This document shows, piece after piece, positions 47,477-59,039 of a stretch of 64,000 nucleotides of DNA. Made by a program: the position numbers and the translations under genes. Source of the DNA: Macrostomum lignano (Eukaryota); assembly GCA_002269645.1 (NCBI GenBank), contig NIVC01001149.1:124001-188000 (forward strand). The letters run 5' to 3'. The notes under the pieces were generated by a model, which saw only the letters and a program-made list of their open reading frames with translations, did not search any database and had not been told where the DNA came from. Position 1 is the stretch's first letter. The number at the start of each line of letters is the position of its first letter.

Positions 47477-49829
47477 TCAAATCTGCAGCATGAGCCGAAC
47501 TCCACGAAGAGACAGCGGGACAGAGCCAGTGTGCCAGATCATATTACTGTAATCTGCGGTCTCTCCCGAAAGAAAAATTCCGTTGGGGTTGGTGAAATGG
47601 CAGTTTTTAAACCACCAGCCTCCTTTTCCCCATATGTTTGAGCATGACTCAGTGCTGTCGTCATTGTCCCTGTCCTTCGTGGAGAACCGCATGCCTTTGC
47701 TGTGCTCCAAAGCGTCAAAGCTGACACTGGACCTGTGCCTCAGCATCTCTCGGTACGTCATCCGATACCCAGTGCTGGCGTCTCCCACCTGGAACCCCGC
47801 GTACTCCGCATGCAGCTCAGAGCCGTTCCACAGCTTCATCTCCACTCTGAGGGTGGCGCCGCCATGGTTAAGCGAGTGGATGGCGGAGAGACCTGAGGGA
47901 GGAGAGTGGCTGAGTCTGAGTCGATGAAAATCATGGGAGTAGCCTCCAGGTTCTCTGAAGCCACCAATGCAGCAGGAAAGGCCAATGTAGAGCATTACCA
48001 TCAAGATGCAAGTAGTTAATCGAAACATTTTAATCGGCTGAGCAGCCAATCATTCAATTCAACTTGCATCATTCGAAGCGCATGAGTCACAGAAATTTGT
48101 TATAAATCCACAAGATGTGCTTCTACTGCTGACACGCAATATTAGCTGATACAAAAAGGCCGCTCACCGATCCAGAAGTCAGTGCCCTCACCGAAGCCAG
48201 TCTCGTACTCAGTCCAGCTTCGTTGGAAACTCACTATGCCAGTAAGTCGCTGCTGAATCTTCAGGAAGCAGCGACCGTCTGGCTGCAGTTGAAACGCACT
48301 GGAAGAGTTCGCTGTGCGGTGAGCAGAGGCGCATTGCAGCCTTGCCCACGACTGGAGCAGCTCTCTGCATCTTCAGAAGGTTTCATTCTCCATGATGAAG
48401 TTATTCGGCTGGGTTCGAAAACGCACTGCTCAGCAACCAGCGATGTCACCCGCCACTGGACGTGTCGCCACAGGTCAGTGGGCTCCGTCAGCAAAGCAGA
48501 CCTGGAAGTCAGTGTCAGTGAACTTGCTTGCAGCACTGTTTGGACTAACACGCTTGTGCAAACGGATATTATAGATCCAGACCTGATCGTTATCTAATTT
48601 GTTTTCTGAAAACCAAAACACTACAAAACAAAATCGAAATAAACTCTACGCTCGCACTTAATCTCGTCTGGAATCAGGTATCAATAGCTCACAAAAATGT
48701 CAGCCAACCTGAGACCGCGGCACTCCCTTCAGTTTCTGCAGTACAGCCACAGCTGAGCGGACCTCCAGTCTGCCGACGCCATCAGCGGACCGACCTCGAA
48801 CCGAGCACTCAACGAAGAGCTCACCGATCTCTCAGCAGTCCACAGCCGCATGAAATCGACCGAGCCAGGCGACAAGTCGGCCAACTGAGTCCTCACAGCA
48901 TCGCGTGTGGCCTCATCTTGCAGCACCAGATCCAGTTTCAGGTAGTGCATGTCTCGGCTGTAGTCATACCTGACTGACTCGCTGCTCAAGCTGGAGACGT
49001 TGTGGCACAGCAGAGGCTCGATGAGGAAGTAGCCCTTCATGTTGAGTCTCTGGTGCACTCGGGCAGAGCAGTTCTCGAGATTGATGGAGCGGATGAATTT
49101 CAGCTGTCCGCATGTCGCCAGAGGTGAGAATTTTTGCCGGTTCAAGTCCAGATCAAAAATGCTGTCGTTTTGCAGCATGACGCGGCTCTGAATGTCATGG
49201 CAGGAGCCGTTCGCAATAATCGAAGCAATTAATTTCACTTTTTCAAGAGCCTGCCGAGGTGAATATTTGAAACGGTCTTGCATTTTAAACCACTAGATTT
49301 GTTTATTCAAAAATTGTATTTTCGACTGTCTCTGTTTTCGTACAAGCAAAGGCCAGCTATTTTTCTCCAGCGCCAGTCTGAGAGTGGCTACTGGTTCATT
49401 CGGAGTCCACAGGAAGCCCAACACTCGAATCGATGAGCGGGTGTCGGCCGAGACGCTGATGTTGGTCACGTTGGCGAAGCTTACAGAACTCGGTGACAGA
49501 TGCTGCATTTGGCGCTGAGCCTCTGCGAGCATTCCAGCATCCTTTATCAACACGGGAACATTGACATACTTTTGCTGAGCAATGGAGTCGAATCGAGCAG
49601 CAATGCCTCTCAGGCTGTCCGTCACGCACATGAGCGGCTCGACTGCCAAGTGCGGACCGTCGCTCGCTCCCGTGTCGTGCACGAACAGCGCGCAGCCGTT
49701 CACGCTGAGCTGCGCCACGAAGCGGAGCCGCAGAGAGTCAGCGGGAGCGCACTGGGAGACCTGGCCGGCTGCCAGCGAGCAGAGCAGCACAGCCAACGCT
49801 GCAGAAACTTGCAACTCATAGAGCGGCAT
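47477..49829 (-). pseudogene. secreted fibrinogen-related (FReD) gene, copy A, disrupted
   Basis: Exons 49829-49344, 49250-48709, 48501-48168, 47892-47477 are homologous to copy B. In-frame TGA at 48729-48731 (TTG in B) and a 7-nt deletion near 48352 (exon 334 vs 341 nt). The last exon is intact (FSTKDRDND, GGWWFKNCH). Confidence 0.78.
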
Positions 49830-50340
49830 GGTTTGAGATGCAAGTCTAAGGCCTAAATGTAGTTTAAGTTTTTATTGCTTTGGTTTGCACAATGGAATTC
49901 TGATGCGTCTCGCAGTGTGTGGACGCAGCCAAGTCAGAAGCGAAATGCGAGCTGTGAGCTGCACCGGCTTATATAGAGCTCACACACGATGGGGGGCATG
50001 CCGTCCAATAGTGAAAGTCGCAAGGGCGTGAGTCAGTCGAAGCCCTCAGCTGGGTGCATCCGAACCCCCAGCTGGACTGGCGAGCTGTCTGGTGCCGGAG
50101 CACTCGTGGTGCCCCAATTGCAGTCCGTGGCCGCCGCAAGACACGGCTTTGCTTCTGCGCACAGTAGAAATTTGAAGAACCGCAGACATTCCGTTTGACA
50201 GCCCACGCATGTGTAAGACGCATTCGGCTTTTTTTAGACCTTGGATTCTGTCAGTGTTGTGTATCGCATAAACAAATAAATTTATTAATTTGGGTTTTCT
50301 AAATTTTCTCTGTTTCTGCTTTCAGTGCATGAGCTGAAGT

Positions 50341-50742
50341 CTCAAGCAATTAGAGGCCTCTGTGTCGTGTTGGGGACGAAGGCGGCCTGTGTCAAGCAAT
50401 TAGAGGCCTCTGTGTCGTGTTGGGGACGAAGGCGGCCTGTGTCAAGCAATTAGAGGCCTCTGTGTCGTGTTGGGGACGAAGGCGGCCTGTGTCAAGCAAT
50501 TAGAGGCCTCTGTGTCATGTTGGGGACGAAGGCGGCCTGTGTCAAGCAATTAGAGGCCTCTGTGTCATGTTGGGGACGAAGGCGGCCTGTGTCAAGCAAT
50601 TAGAGGCCTCTGTGTCATGTTGGGGACGAAGGCGGCCTGTGTCAAGCAATTAGAGGCCTCTGTGTCATGTTGGGGACGAAGGCGGCCTGTGTCAAGCAAT
50701 TAGAGGCCTCTGTGTCATGTTGGGGACGAAGGCGGCCTGTGT
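50341..50742. repeat. 50-bp minisatellite, 8 copies, between FReD copies A and B
   Basis: GTCAAGCAATTAGAGGCCTCTGTGTCRTGTTGGGGACGAAGGCGGCCTGT repeated without spacers. Confidence 0.97.
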
Positions 50743-51400
50743 AAAGTGCGCAAAACGCCTGCAAACTGATGATGAGATTCAATCCTCGAGATCTGAAATC
50801 AACAGCCAAAAAGGGCAGAAGCACTAAACAGTTTGCAAATGTGAAATGAAACACAGGTGACAATCAAGATAGCAGCTTATCGAGGCTGGCACAGGAAGCA
50901 AGCTCACAGAAAGGTTCTCAGAGCGGGACAGGAAAGCGACCCAGCCCACAGATCTGCGGACGTCAGCGTTCAGGGTTTGAGAGCGACGCTGATGGCACGG
51001 CGGGCGCGGCATTGCATGGTGCGACAGAGATCTGCAGTAGAGCCTCAGCAATTATGAGAATAGCAGTTGAGAATAAATAAATGATGGCCAAAAGTTAGTG
51101 GCTTAATTTTCGAGCGAGACAGACAGACAGGCAACCCTTAAAGTGAGAATCCGTGCAACTGTAACTTGGCGAATGAAGCTCTGGACTTACTCGACTACCA
51201 ATTAAAGTCAGTTAGTAGCGACGGTCTTAAATGCTATCATTTGAACAAACAAAAAGCCTGTCGTATTGCAATGTTGCCATCGCAACCGTTGCTAAGCATT
51301 ATAAATAGCATGCAATCATCTACTGGACGCAGTGCTCAAACGGGCTACCGGACATTTCCATTGGGCGTTCCTCCTCCAGAATTTCCCCTCCTTCAGAGTC

Positions 51401-51571
51401 GAAATACCGGAGGGTAAATACCGGAGGGTAAATACCGGAGGGTAAATACCGGAGGGGAAGTACCGGAGGGGAAATACTGGAGGGGAAATACCTGAGGGAA
51501 AATGCACGAGGGAAAGTATTGAAGGGAAAATACCGGAGGGGAAATACACGAGGGAAAGTACTGGAGGGGAA
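51401..51571. repeat. degenerate 14-bp repeat GGAGGGTAAATACC, about 12 copies
   Basis: First four units perfect, later units degenerate. Confidence 0.85.
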
Positions 51572-51965
51572 CACCGGATTTCAGTTAATGGGAAATTCGA
51601 ATGTAAAAACTTTGCACTGACAGAGATTTGTGAACAAAATTTGTGTACTTCAAAATTACACAGGTTTCTGGAATTAAGATAGTGAACTCATTCGAATGGA
51701 ATTGTCTGTGCCTGCTAAAATGAGCTTATTGAGTTGAAATTCGAGAAAAATATTGGTTTTAGTTTTTATGCGCTCGACTGTTTTAAATCTGTAAAACTCC
51801 TGCAATCTGGGAGTTTTAAGAAAACTATATTTTGTGGTTAGTAATTTGCAGAAGCTATTGGTGCTCTTTAGTCTCATAAAATATTTTAGTAGCTCGTATT
51901 AATCCGACAAAGCTGTATTTGAGTCAACAGAGTGCGTCACTGAGTTGCTGCTCAACTTTTGATGC

Positions 51966-54900
51966 TCAAATCTGCAGCATCAGCCGTACTTCACGAAGAG
52001 ACAGCGAGACGGAGCCAGAATGCCAGGTCATATACCTGCATTCTATTTTCTCTCGTGAAGGAAAAACCGCGTTAGGGTTGACGTGATGGCAGTCTTTAAA
52101 CCACCAGCCTCCTCTACCGCATTCGTTTGAGCATGAATAACGCGATACGTCATTGTCCCTGTCCATCGTGGAGAACCGCATGTCCTTGTGGTGCTCCAAA
52201 AAAGCGTCAAAGCTGACACTGGACCTGTGCCTCAGCATCTCTCGGTACGTCATCCGATACCCAGTGCTGGCGTCTCCCACCTGGAACCCCGCGTACTCCG
52301 CATGCAGCTCAGAGCCGTTCCACAGCTTCATCTCCACTCTGAGGGTGGCGCCGCCCTGGCTGAGCGAGTGGATGGCGGAGAGACCTGCGGGAGGAGAGCG
52401 GCTGAGTCTGAGTCACTTCTGCTCGGCTTGTCGCCGCTGCAGTCAGGTGAGTCGCGATTCGGATGTTCATGAAATTTTAAAAATATATCTCTATTAATTT
52501 TGAGCTTGTGTTGTGCTAAAAATCTGGATTAATGCGTGAATGAACTCCGCTGATGCATCCAGCTCCCTTTAAGGCTGGTAATGTTCCAGCTGGACGTGGA
52601 CGGCCTTTCTGCTTTTCTCCACTCAGACTGTGATATCTTTCTTCAAGATGAGCTTTCAAATTGAGCGGAGTATCATTCAGCTAAAATACATAAAAATGCG
52701 AGATATGAGATACCGCGTTCTGATAGACAAAATAATACTACATGTACTTCCACATCTACGAGTTCGCGTCGATTGCATCATATTTTTGCCTTGTGCACAC
52801 CGTGACTCGAGGGCGCAGTTGCGTAATCGCGCACGCTTTGACGCCTGCCTGTTCCCTGCACTCCTTTCCTCTGTGCTCTCGTTTGCAGCCACTTGACAGC
52901 TTGGCCGTGGCTGCTCTTTGTTCGCTACGGTCCAGAGGTCACTGGTGATTTCACTAGTGGCCCGCTTTTCCGTATCTTATGGCGGAATGGCGGAAGCTGG
53001 AAGACGTCAGGCTTCTGAAGAAGTGGCGCACGGTGTCCAGGCGCCTGGTTTCTATCTTGAGATGGCACTCATTTAACATAAAATTAGTCACCTAGTCACC
53101 TAAAAGCACAAGATCTGCTTTCACTCCTGTCATACAAAAAGGCTGCTCACCGATCCAGAAGTCAGTGCCCTCACCGAAGCCAGTCTCGTACTCAGTCCAG
53201 CTTCGTTGGAAACTCACTCTGTCAGTAAGTCGCTGCTGAATCTTCAGGAAGCAGCGACCGTCTGGCTGCAGTTGAAACGCACTGGAAGAGTCCACTGTGC
53301 GTTGAGCAGAGGCGCATTGCAGCCTTGCCCACGACTTCAGACTGGAGTAGCTCTCTGCATCTTCAGACGGTTTCATTCTCCATGATGAAGTGATTTTGCT
53401 GGACTTGGAGAGGCACTGCTCAGCAACCAGCGATGTCACCCGCCACTGGACGTGTCGCCACAGGTCAGTGGGCTCCGTCAGCACAGCAGACCTAGAAGTC
53501 ATCAATTGCTTTTTTGAAGGACAGTGCTACGGGGGAATACAAACCGAATTAGTACAAAACTGAAAAAATTCAACATCAAAAGCAAATAATTCGAATGCAT
53601 CCTAAGGCTCACTATGAAATTACTAGCCTTAGGTAGAAAACAGTAGGGGGTAATGATGCTGCTGAAATCTATGCATTTATTTTTTATATTGAAGAACTAT
53701 GGCATGTATGATGCTTTGCTTTTTTTCAGGTCAGGAATCTTAGTTTTATTCTTGCTAAGACTCTTGATGAAGCTGTTCAGCAAAGAGCATATAACTACCA
53801 GGTAGCAAAACTTAACTTAGAAAGTCCTGGACATGAAATTGTAAACCTGCTAAGGCAAAATGTCAGCCAACCTGAGATCGCGGCACTCCGTCAAGTTTCC
53901 GCAGTACAGCCGCAGCTGAGCGGACCTCCAGTCTGCCGACGCCATCAGCGGACCGACCTCGAACCGAGCACTCAACGAAGAGCTCACCGATCTCTCAGCA
54001 GTCCACAGCCGCATGAAATCGACCGAGCCAGGCGACAAGTCGGCCAACTGAGTCCTCACAGCATCGCGTGTGGCCTCATCTTGCAGCACCAGATCCAGTT
54101 TCAGGTAGTGCATGTCTCGGCTGTAGTCATACCTGACTGATTCGCTGCTCAAGCTGGAGACGTTGTGGCACAGCAGAGGCTCGATGAGGAAGTAGCCCTT
54201 CATGTTGAGTCTCTGGTGCACTCGGGCAGAGCAGTTCTCGAGATTGATGGAGCGGATGAATTTCAGCTGTCCGCATGTCGCCAGAGGTGAGAATTTTTGC
54301 CGGTTCAAGTCCAGATCGAAAATGCTGTCGTTTTGCAGCATGACGCGGCTCTGAATGTCATGGCAGGAGCCGTTCGCAATAATCGAAGCAGATAATTTCA
54401 CTTTTTCAAGAGCCTTCTGAGGTGAATGTTTGAAACGGTCTTGCATTTTAAACCATTGGATTTGTTTATTCAAAAATAGTACTTTCGACTGTCTCTGTTT
54501 TCGTACAAGCAAAGGCCAGCTATTTTTCTCTAGCGCCAGTCTTAGAGTGGCTACTGGCTCATTCGGAGTCCACAGGAAGCCCAACACTCGAACCGATGAG
54601 CGCGTGTCGGCTGACACGCTGATGTTGGTTACGTTAGCGAAGCTCACAGAACTCGGTGACAGATGCTGCAGTTGACGCTGAGCCTCTGCGAGCATCCCAG
54701 CATCCTTCATCAACACGGGAACATTAACATACTTTTGCTGAGCGATTGAGTCAAATCGAGCAGCAATGCCTCTCAGGCTGTCCATCACGCACATGAGTGG
54801 CTCGACTGCCAAGTGCGGACCGTCGCTCGCTCCCGTGTCGTGCACGAACAGCGCGCAGCCGTTCACGCTGAGCTGCGCCACGAAGCGGAGCCGCAGAGAG

Positions 54901-54992
54901 TCAGCGGGAGCGCACTGGGAGACCTGGCCGGCTGCCAGCGAGCAGAGCAGCAGAGCCAACGCTGCAGAAACTTGCAACTCATAGAGCGGCAT
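51966..54992 (-). CDS. secreted fibrinogen C-terminal domain protein with unrecognised duplicated N-terminal domain, copy B (595 aa, or 626 aa if the 93-nt intron is retained)
   Basis: Exons 54992-54507, 54413-53872, 53491-53151, 52384-51966 with compatible phases. Signal peptide MPLYELQVSAALALLLCSLAAG; FReD motifs IQQR, FQRSWTEYETGFG, DFWIG-LSAIHSL, LRVEM, FSTMDRDND, GGWWFKDCH, NPN, RLMLQI. Confidence 0.85.
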
Positions 54993-56593
54993 GGTTTGAG
55001 ATGCAAGGGCCCAGTTCAAATGCAAAGCTCAGCTTTTGTTGTTGTATCGATGGTCAGAGGATTGCAGATGCATTCTGTAAAATGGCTGCATTTATATACA
55101 GAAGAAGCATTCCCTGCCCATCGGATAAATTTCACGTGACTGCAGGCTGCACTTCGAATTCCAGACGCATCATGCGGCCTGCCAATATCCGAGCGCTTTG
55201 CCATTTGCATCAGGCTCTCTACCCTCAGCTTCCCGATTCGGTTGGCTAGATTTTCGTCCTCTTTTTTCTCTGTCAGTGTCTATCCAGGCACTGCATGCGT
55301 CACTTGCAACCTTTGCGACATGCGGCGCACCAATTTTACCTGCCTTGATGCAGGAGTTTCTGTTTGTGCTGGATGCCCTTTCGAATATTTTGGAGCCAGC
55401 TTATTTTGCAAGTTCATGCCATGCCAGCTGTGTCCAAGTCCGTGTTTTTAGATTTGTTCAATCTGTAGTCACGCTTATACGCAAGACTATTATGCGAATT
55501 GGTTTTTCTGCTTTCTGGAAATAACGGCGTTTAACAGTGGAACTGCCATCATAGTCGGATCACTGCGCCATTTTAAAGTTTTCATATCAGGCTTTAATAA
55601 TGGAAAAAAACCTTATCTGCTGGATATCCTCAACCTGACTCTCAAACAACTGCGCTCGTTATAGACACTAGGGAACTACGCTCGAGATCTTTCATCATAT
55701 CCTTTACATTTCTGCAGCTTCAAGATTATTTTATGCATAAATATGGCTATTGTATAATAGCTGTGAATTGTGTCCCGGATCCACGCAGTTTAAGTTTCAA
55801 CTCGTTTTTTCAGATCTCTGAAGGCCTTAGCAGCTGTCGCTCTATATCTCAGTTTATCCAATCGAGCGCGCCCACTCAGAAGAGGAATGGGCCGTCGTCG
55901 GTGATCATCATCACAGTCGCTAGTACTATTTTATAACAGGGAGGCAGACTTTAGCAGGCGCGGCTCTATCAGTGAGGCTGTTGATTTTTTGGGGAAAATT
56001 ATTTCATCGCGACTATGCAAAAGACTGATAATACTAATACATTGCGTCACTTATTTGACTGACGAGCATTTGACTGCTGACAAATTGATCAATTTCGACG
56101 TTAACCCTAATCATAACCCTAACCCTAATCTGATCGGCAGTCCCGTCCCGGATATGCCCTTCGCCGACGCGGAATAAACACATCTCATTATAAATTTGAA
56201 AACATGGATTCGTTGCAGGCCAGCGACAACTTGGGAAGCGTAGTGGTAGCTCGTAGTAATAGTATCGATGGGAAGCATGGCCTCGCTAGGAGTCAGGTAC
56301 AGGACGCTCAGATCGTCATAAATTGTATCAGTGAGGGTCATGGTTCCGGCCATAGATCTTACATTCCCTAGATAGGCCTCTTTGTATTGCGTTAATAGGG
56401 AAAGTGCGACCGCTGTTTTTCGTCACTAGTGCGAAAAAAGCCGACATGGTTTGCTTAAATTTGAGTTCAGTAGCTTAGGGACATAGACGCTATTTTTTGA
56501 GAAATTGAAAAAATTCAATAAGTAAGAGTAGAAATGTTCAAACATAGCCATTAGCAGTATTACGAGTAGATGCTGAAAAATACGAGCAGCTCA

Positions 56594-57830
56594 ATGTTAA
56601 ACTCGAGGTGTTGTTGTGCTCGTGGTTGAAACTCGCATATATTTTCTCCGCAACTGGATGAAAATATCATTCTGCCCCATTTTCCGAAGTTTGATTATGC
56701 CGCTCAGTGTTGGATCGACGCATTAAAAGAAGAGGCTATAACATTGGATGTCGTAAGGCAACACAAACAAGCTATGTAGCCTGCATTTTGAAAAAGACGC
56801 CTACGTAACTCCGGGTGGAAAAATTTTAAAGACTGCTTTGCCGTCGCTATCAAAAACTGCGCCAGACTGTTAACACGTCAGTCAAAGTTTCATGCCCACA
56901 GCCACAAAAACTGGCTGACCCGAACTCAGTATGTGCCTGCCCTGTCGACTATGCCACATCGGAAGTAGGCATTGAGTCGTCAAAAAAGCAGGCTGGAGTA
57001 CAATGTTCTCCTGGTACAACTGCCGAAGCTACGATCAACTAGCTACGCTGTAAGTTGCTATCGTCTCAAAAAATCCGAACAGTCTGCTAAACAACGAGAG
57101 TTGAGGCTGCGAATTAAATCAGAGAAGGCTGCTCAGCATAAATCTGCAAGCTCCAGAAACGCATTAAGGGTGGCTAGGCAAGCAGTAAATCGTATGCGTT
57201 GTAGGTTGCATCGCACCAAGAAAGTTGACAAGTTAATGAAGCCGAAGAAAAAGTTGCTAGCGTCTTCAAAAACTCGCCTAATTTTAACCTTTTCGGTGAA
57301 CAAGACGACCAATCTCGAGGAATCCGCTGGACTCAACGAGAATTGCGGTTTGCGCTGAGTCTACGTCACAAGTCCAGCAGCATTTCGGTTTCTGCGAACT
57401 TCGAGAATTTTTTCGGCAGCCTGGGATTTGTCCGTTGACCATGATGCATATTCAAACTAACTTGTCCAAAAAGTCACCGAATGAGAAGCTTGCAACACTC
57501 TGCATGGACGCTATGTATATTAGTCTATCAATTCGATATGACGAGCACCGAGACATGATTTCCGGCTGCGTCTCTGGTAACGATCCTTTGGATACGTCCC
57601 AACCGGCTGGTCAGGCAGTCCTGGCTCCCATGGACGCGATCGAGGAAGATGAGATAATGCCGTACATTGCTGGATATGCATTTGATGAGGACGCACTTTT
57701 TTCCAAATCCCGCGCTAGCACATGGGCTCTAAACTTTACTAGCCTACTAACAGTGGGCAATGGGCATTTTTATCCCTTTTCTGCGAATTGTCATAGAATC
57801 TATACTAGATATAATGTTTGGTCATACTAG
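56594..57830 (+). mobile_element. decayed, internally deleted THAP/P-element-like DNA transposase
   Basis: ATG 56594 MLNSRCCCARG*N...HFPK...W, then in shifted frames LCSLHFEKDAY...ILK and ALPS, giving a THAP zinc finger. A basic helical linker follows (56972-57358), then LCMDAMYISLSIRYDEHRDMISG (P-transposase DEM region) joined almost directly to the C-terminal YIAGY motif. No TIRs identified. Confidence 0.72.
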
Positions 57831-59039
57831 TAGTCATAATAACATAGGCGCAGCTTTTTGGGTCATAAATCATCGCTTTCGAAGCTGGTCTGACAGCCAC
57901 CTGCGCCTCACTCAGTGTTGAGGCGGGCGCCAGATGGTCTGAGGGGATGCGAATGATAGCTTTTTTCTCATCATTTTGACAGGCTATCAAGATTTATAAG
58001 GTCAGAGCCTATTGTTCGTGTTCACTCAAGCGTGTGACAGCTTTGACAGCTATGCGTTTTACCCCTAAAAGTACGTTGGGATTAGCGATTAGCGATTTCT
58101 CTTCATTATCTTCACTTTCTATTTAATAAGAGCTTTCTAATGTACGAGCGTATATTTTTTCATTAATTTTTGTCAATTCTACGCGAAAAGTCATAAATCA
58201 TTTTGTTGCGATTTTGATTGATTGGACCGCAGCACAGTCCCTGTCTCTACTGCCGCCTCCGCCCGCTGCCGCCGCCTCTCAATGAATGTAAAATAGGAGT
58301 GTTAGTTCATGTATTAATGCTCCTTGACCTGCAAAAATTATACGGTTGCTAGGCAGTGTCGTAACACAGAACATGCGTTTTTCTGTAAAGTAATAATAAC
58401 CCCACCATTAATATAGACAGTTGGTCGTGTAAACGAATGATTTGAAAGTTTAGTCTATGTTTTACAAAATGTCTCTATGAAAACTCATCTTCCTACTGAC
58501 AGTAGAGTTTGCAAAAATCAGTTCTTTGAATAATGCGACATTTTCGTGAAAATATTTAAACTGCTATATTGGGCCTATGACAGATTTTTATTGAGAAACT
58601 ATCGTCATTTCCACAGAGAAAGATAAACATGTGAAGCTTTCGTGAAGATTTCATCTTCATACTACGGGTGTCAAATTTTCCTGTATTTGACTGAACGTAC
58701 GTGCATTTAGTCATAGTCGGGGGAGTGCTTCAACCATTTCTCAGGTTTAAATCGGCTGCCGCTTGCATATGTACATCACATGTAAATGAACATGTGGTAA
58801 ATCTGATGAGGAACTATGCACAAATGCGCGAGTTGCCCCGGAAAGAGCTGAGATTGATAGATAATGAAAAATCAGTAGGAAAGAGAGAATGAGGCTGCGT
58901 GACCACCCACCCCATTATCCTGTCTTTCCGTTGCATGGCAGCACGTAATTAAATGTGTCAAGTGTACAATTGATTCAATCGATTACTCGTTTATACGCAA
59001 AGCATCGAGAGAGTTTTTAATTGCATCCAAACTTTCTGA

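Noticed and set aside
56100-56130. Telomere-like TAACCCTAACCCTAA
   Set aside because: Only 2-3 imperfect units; such short tracts are common inside dispersed repeats and do not indicate a chromosome end or fusion.
55967-56370. Possible termini or TSD of the P-like element (TATCAGTGAGG direct repeat at 55967 and 56326; CATAGA at 56351)
   Set aside because: No matching inverted copy found on the right side, so element boundaries were not assigned.
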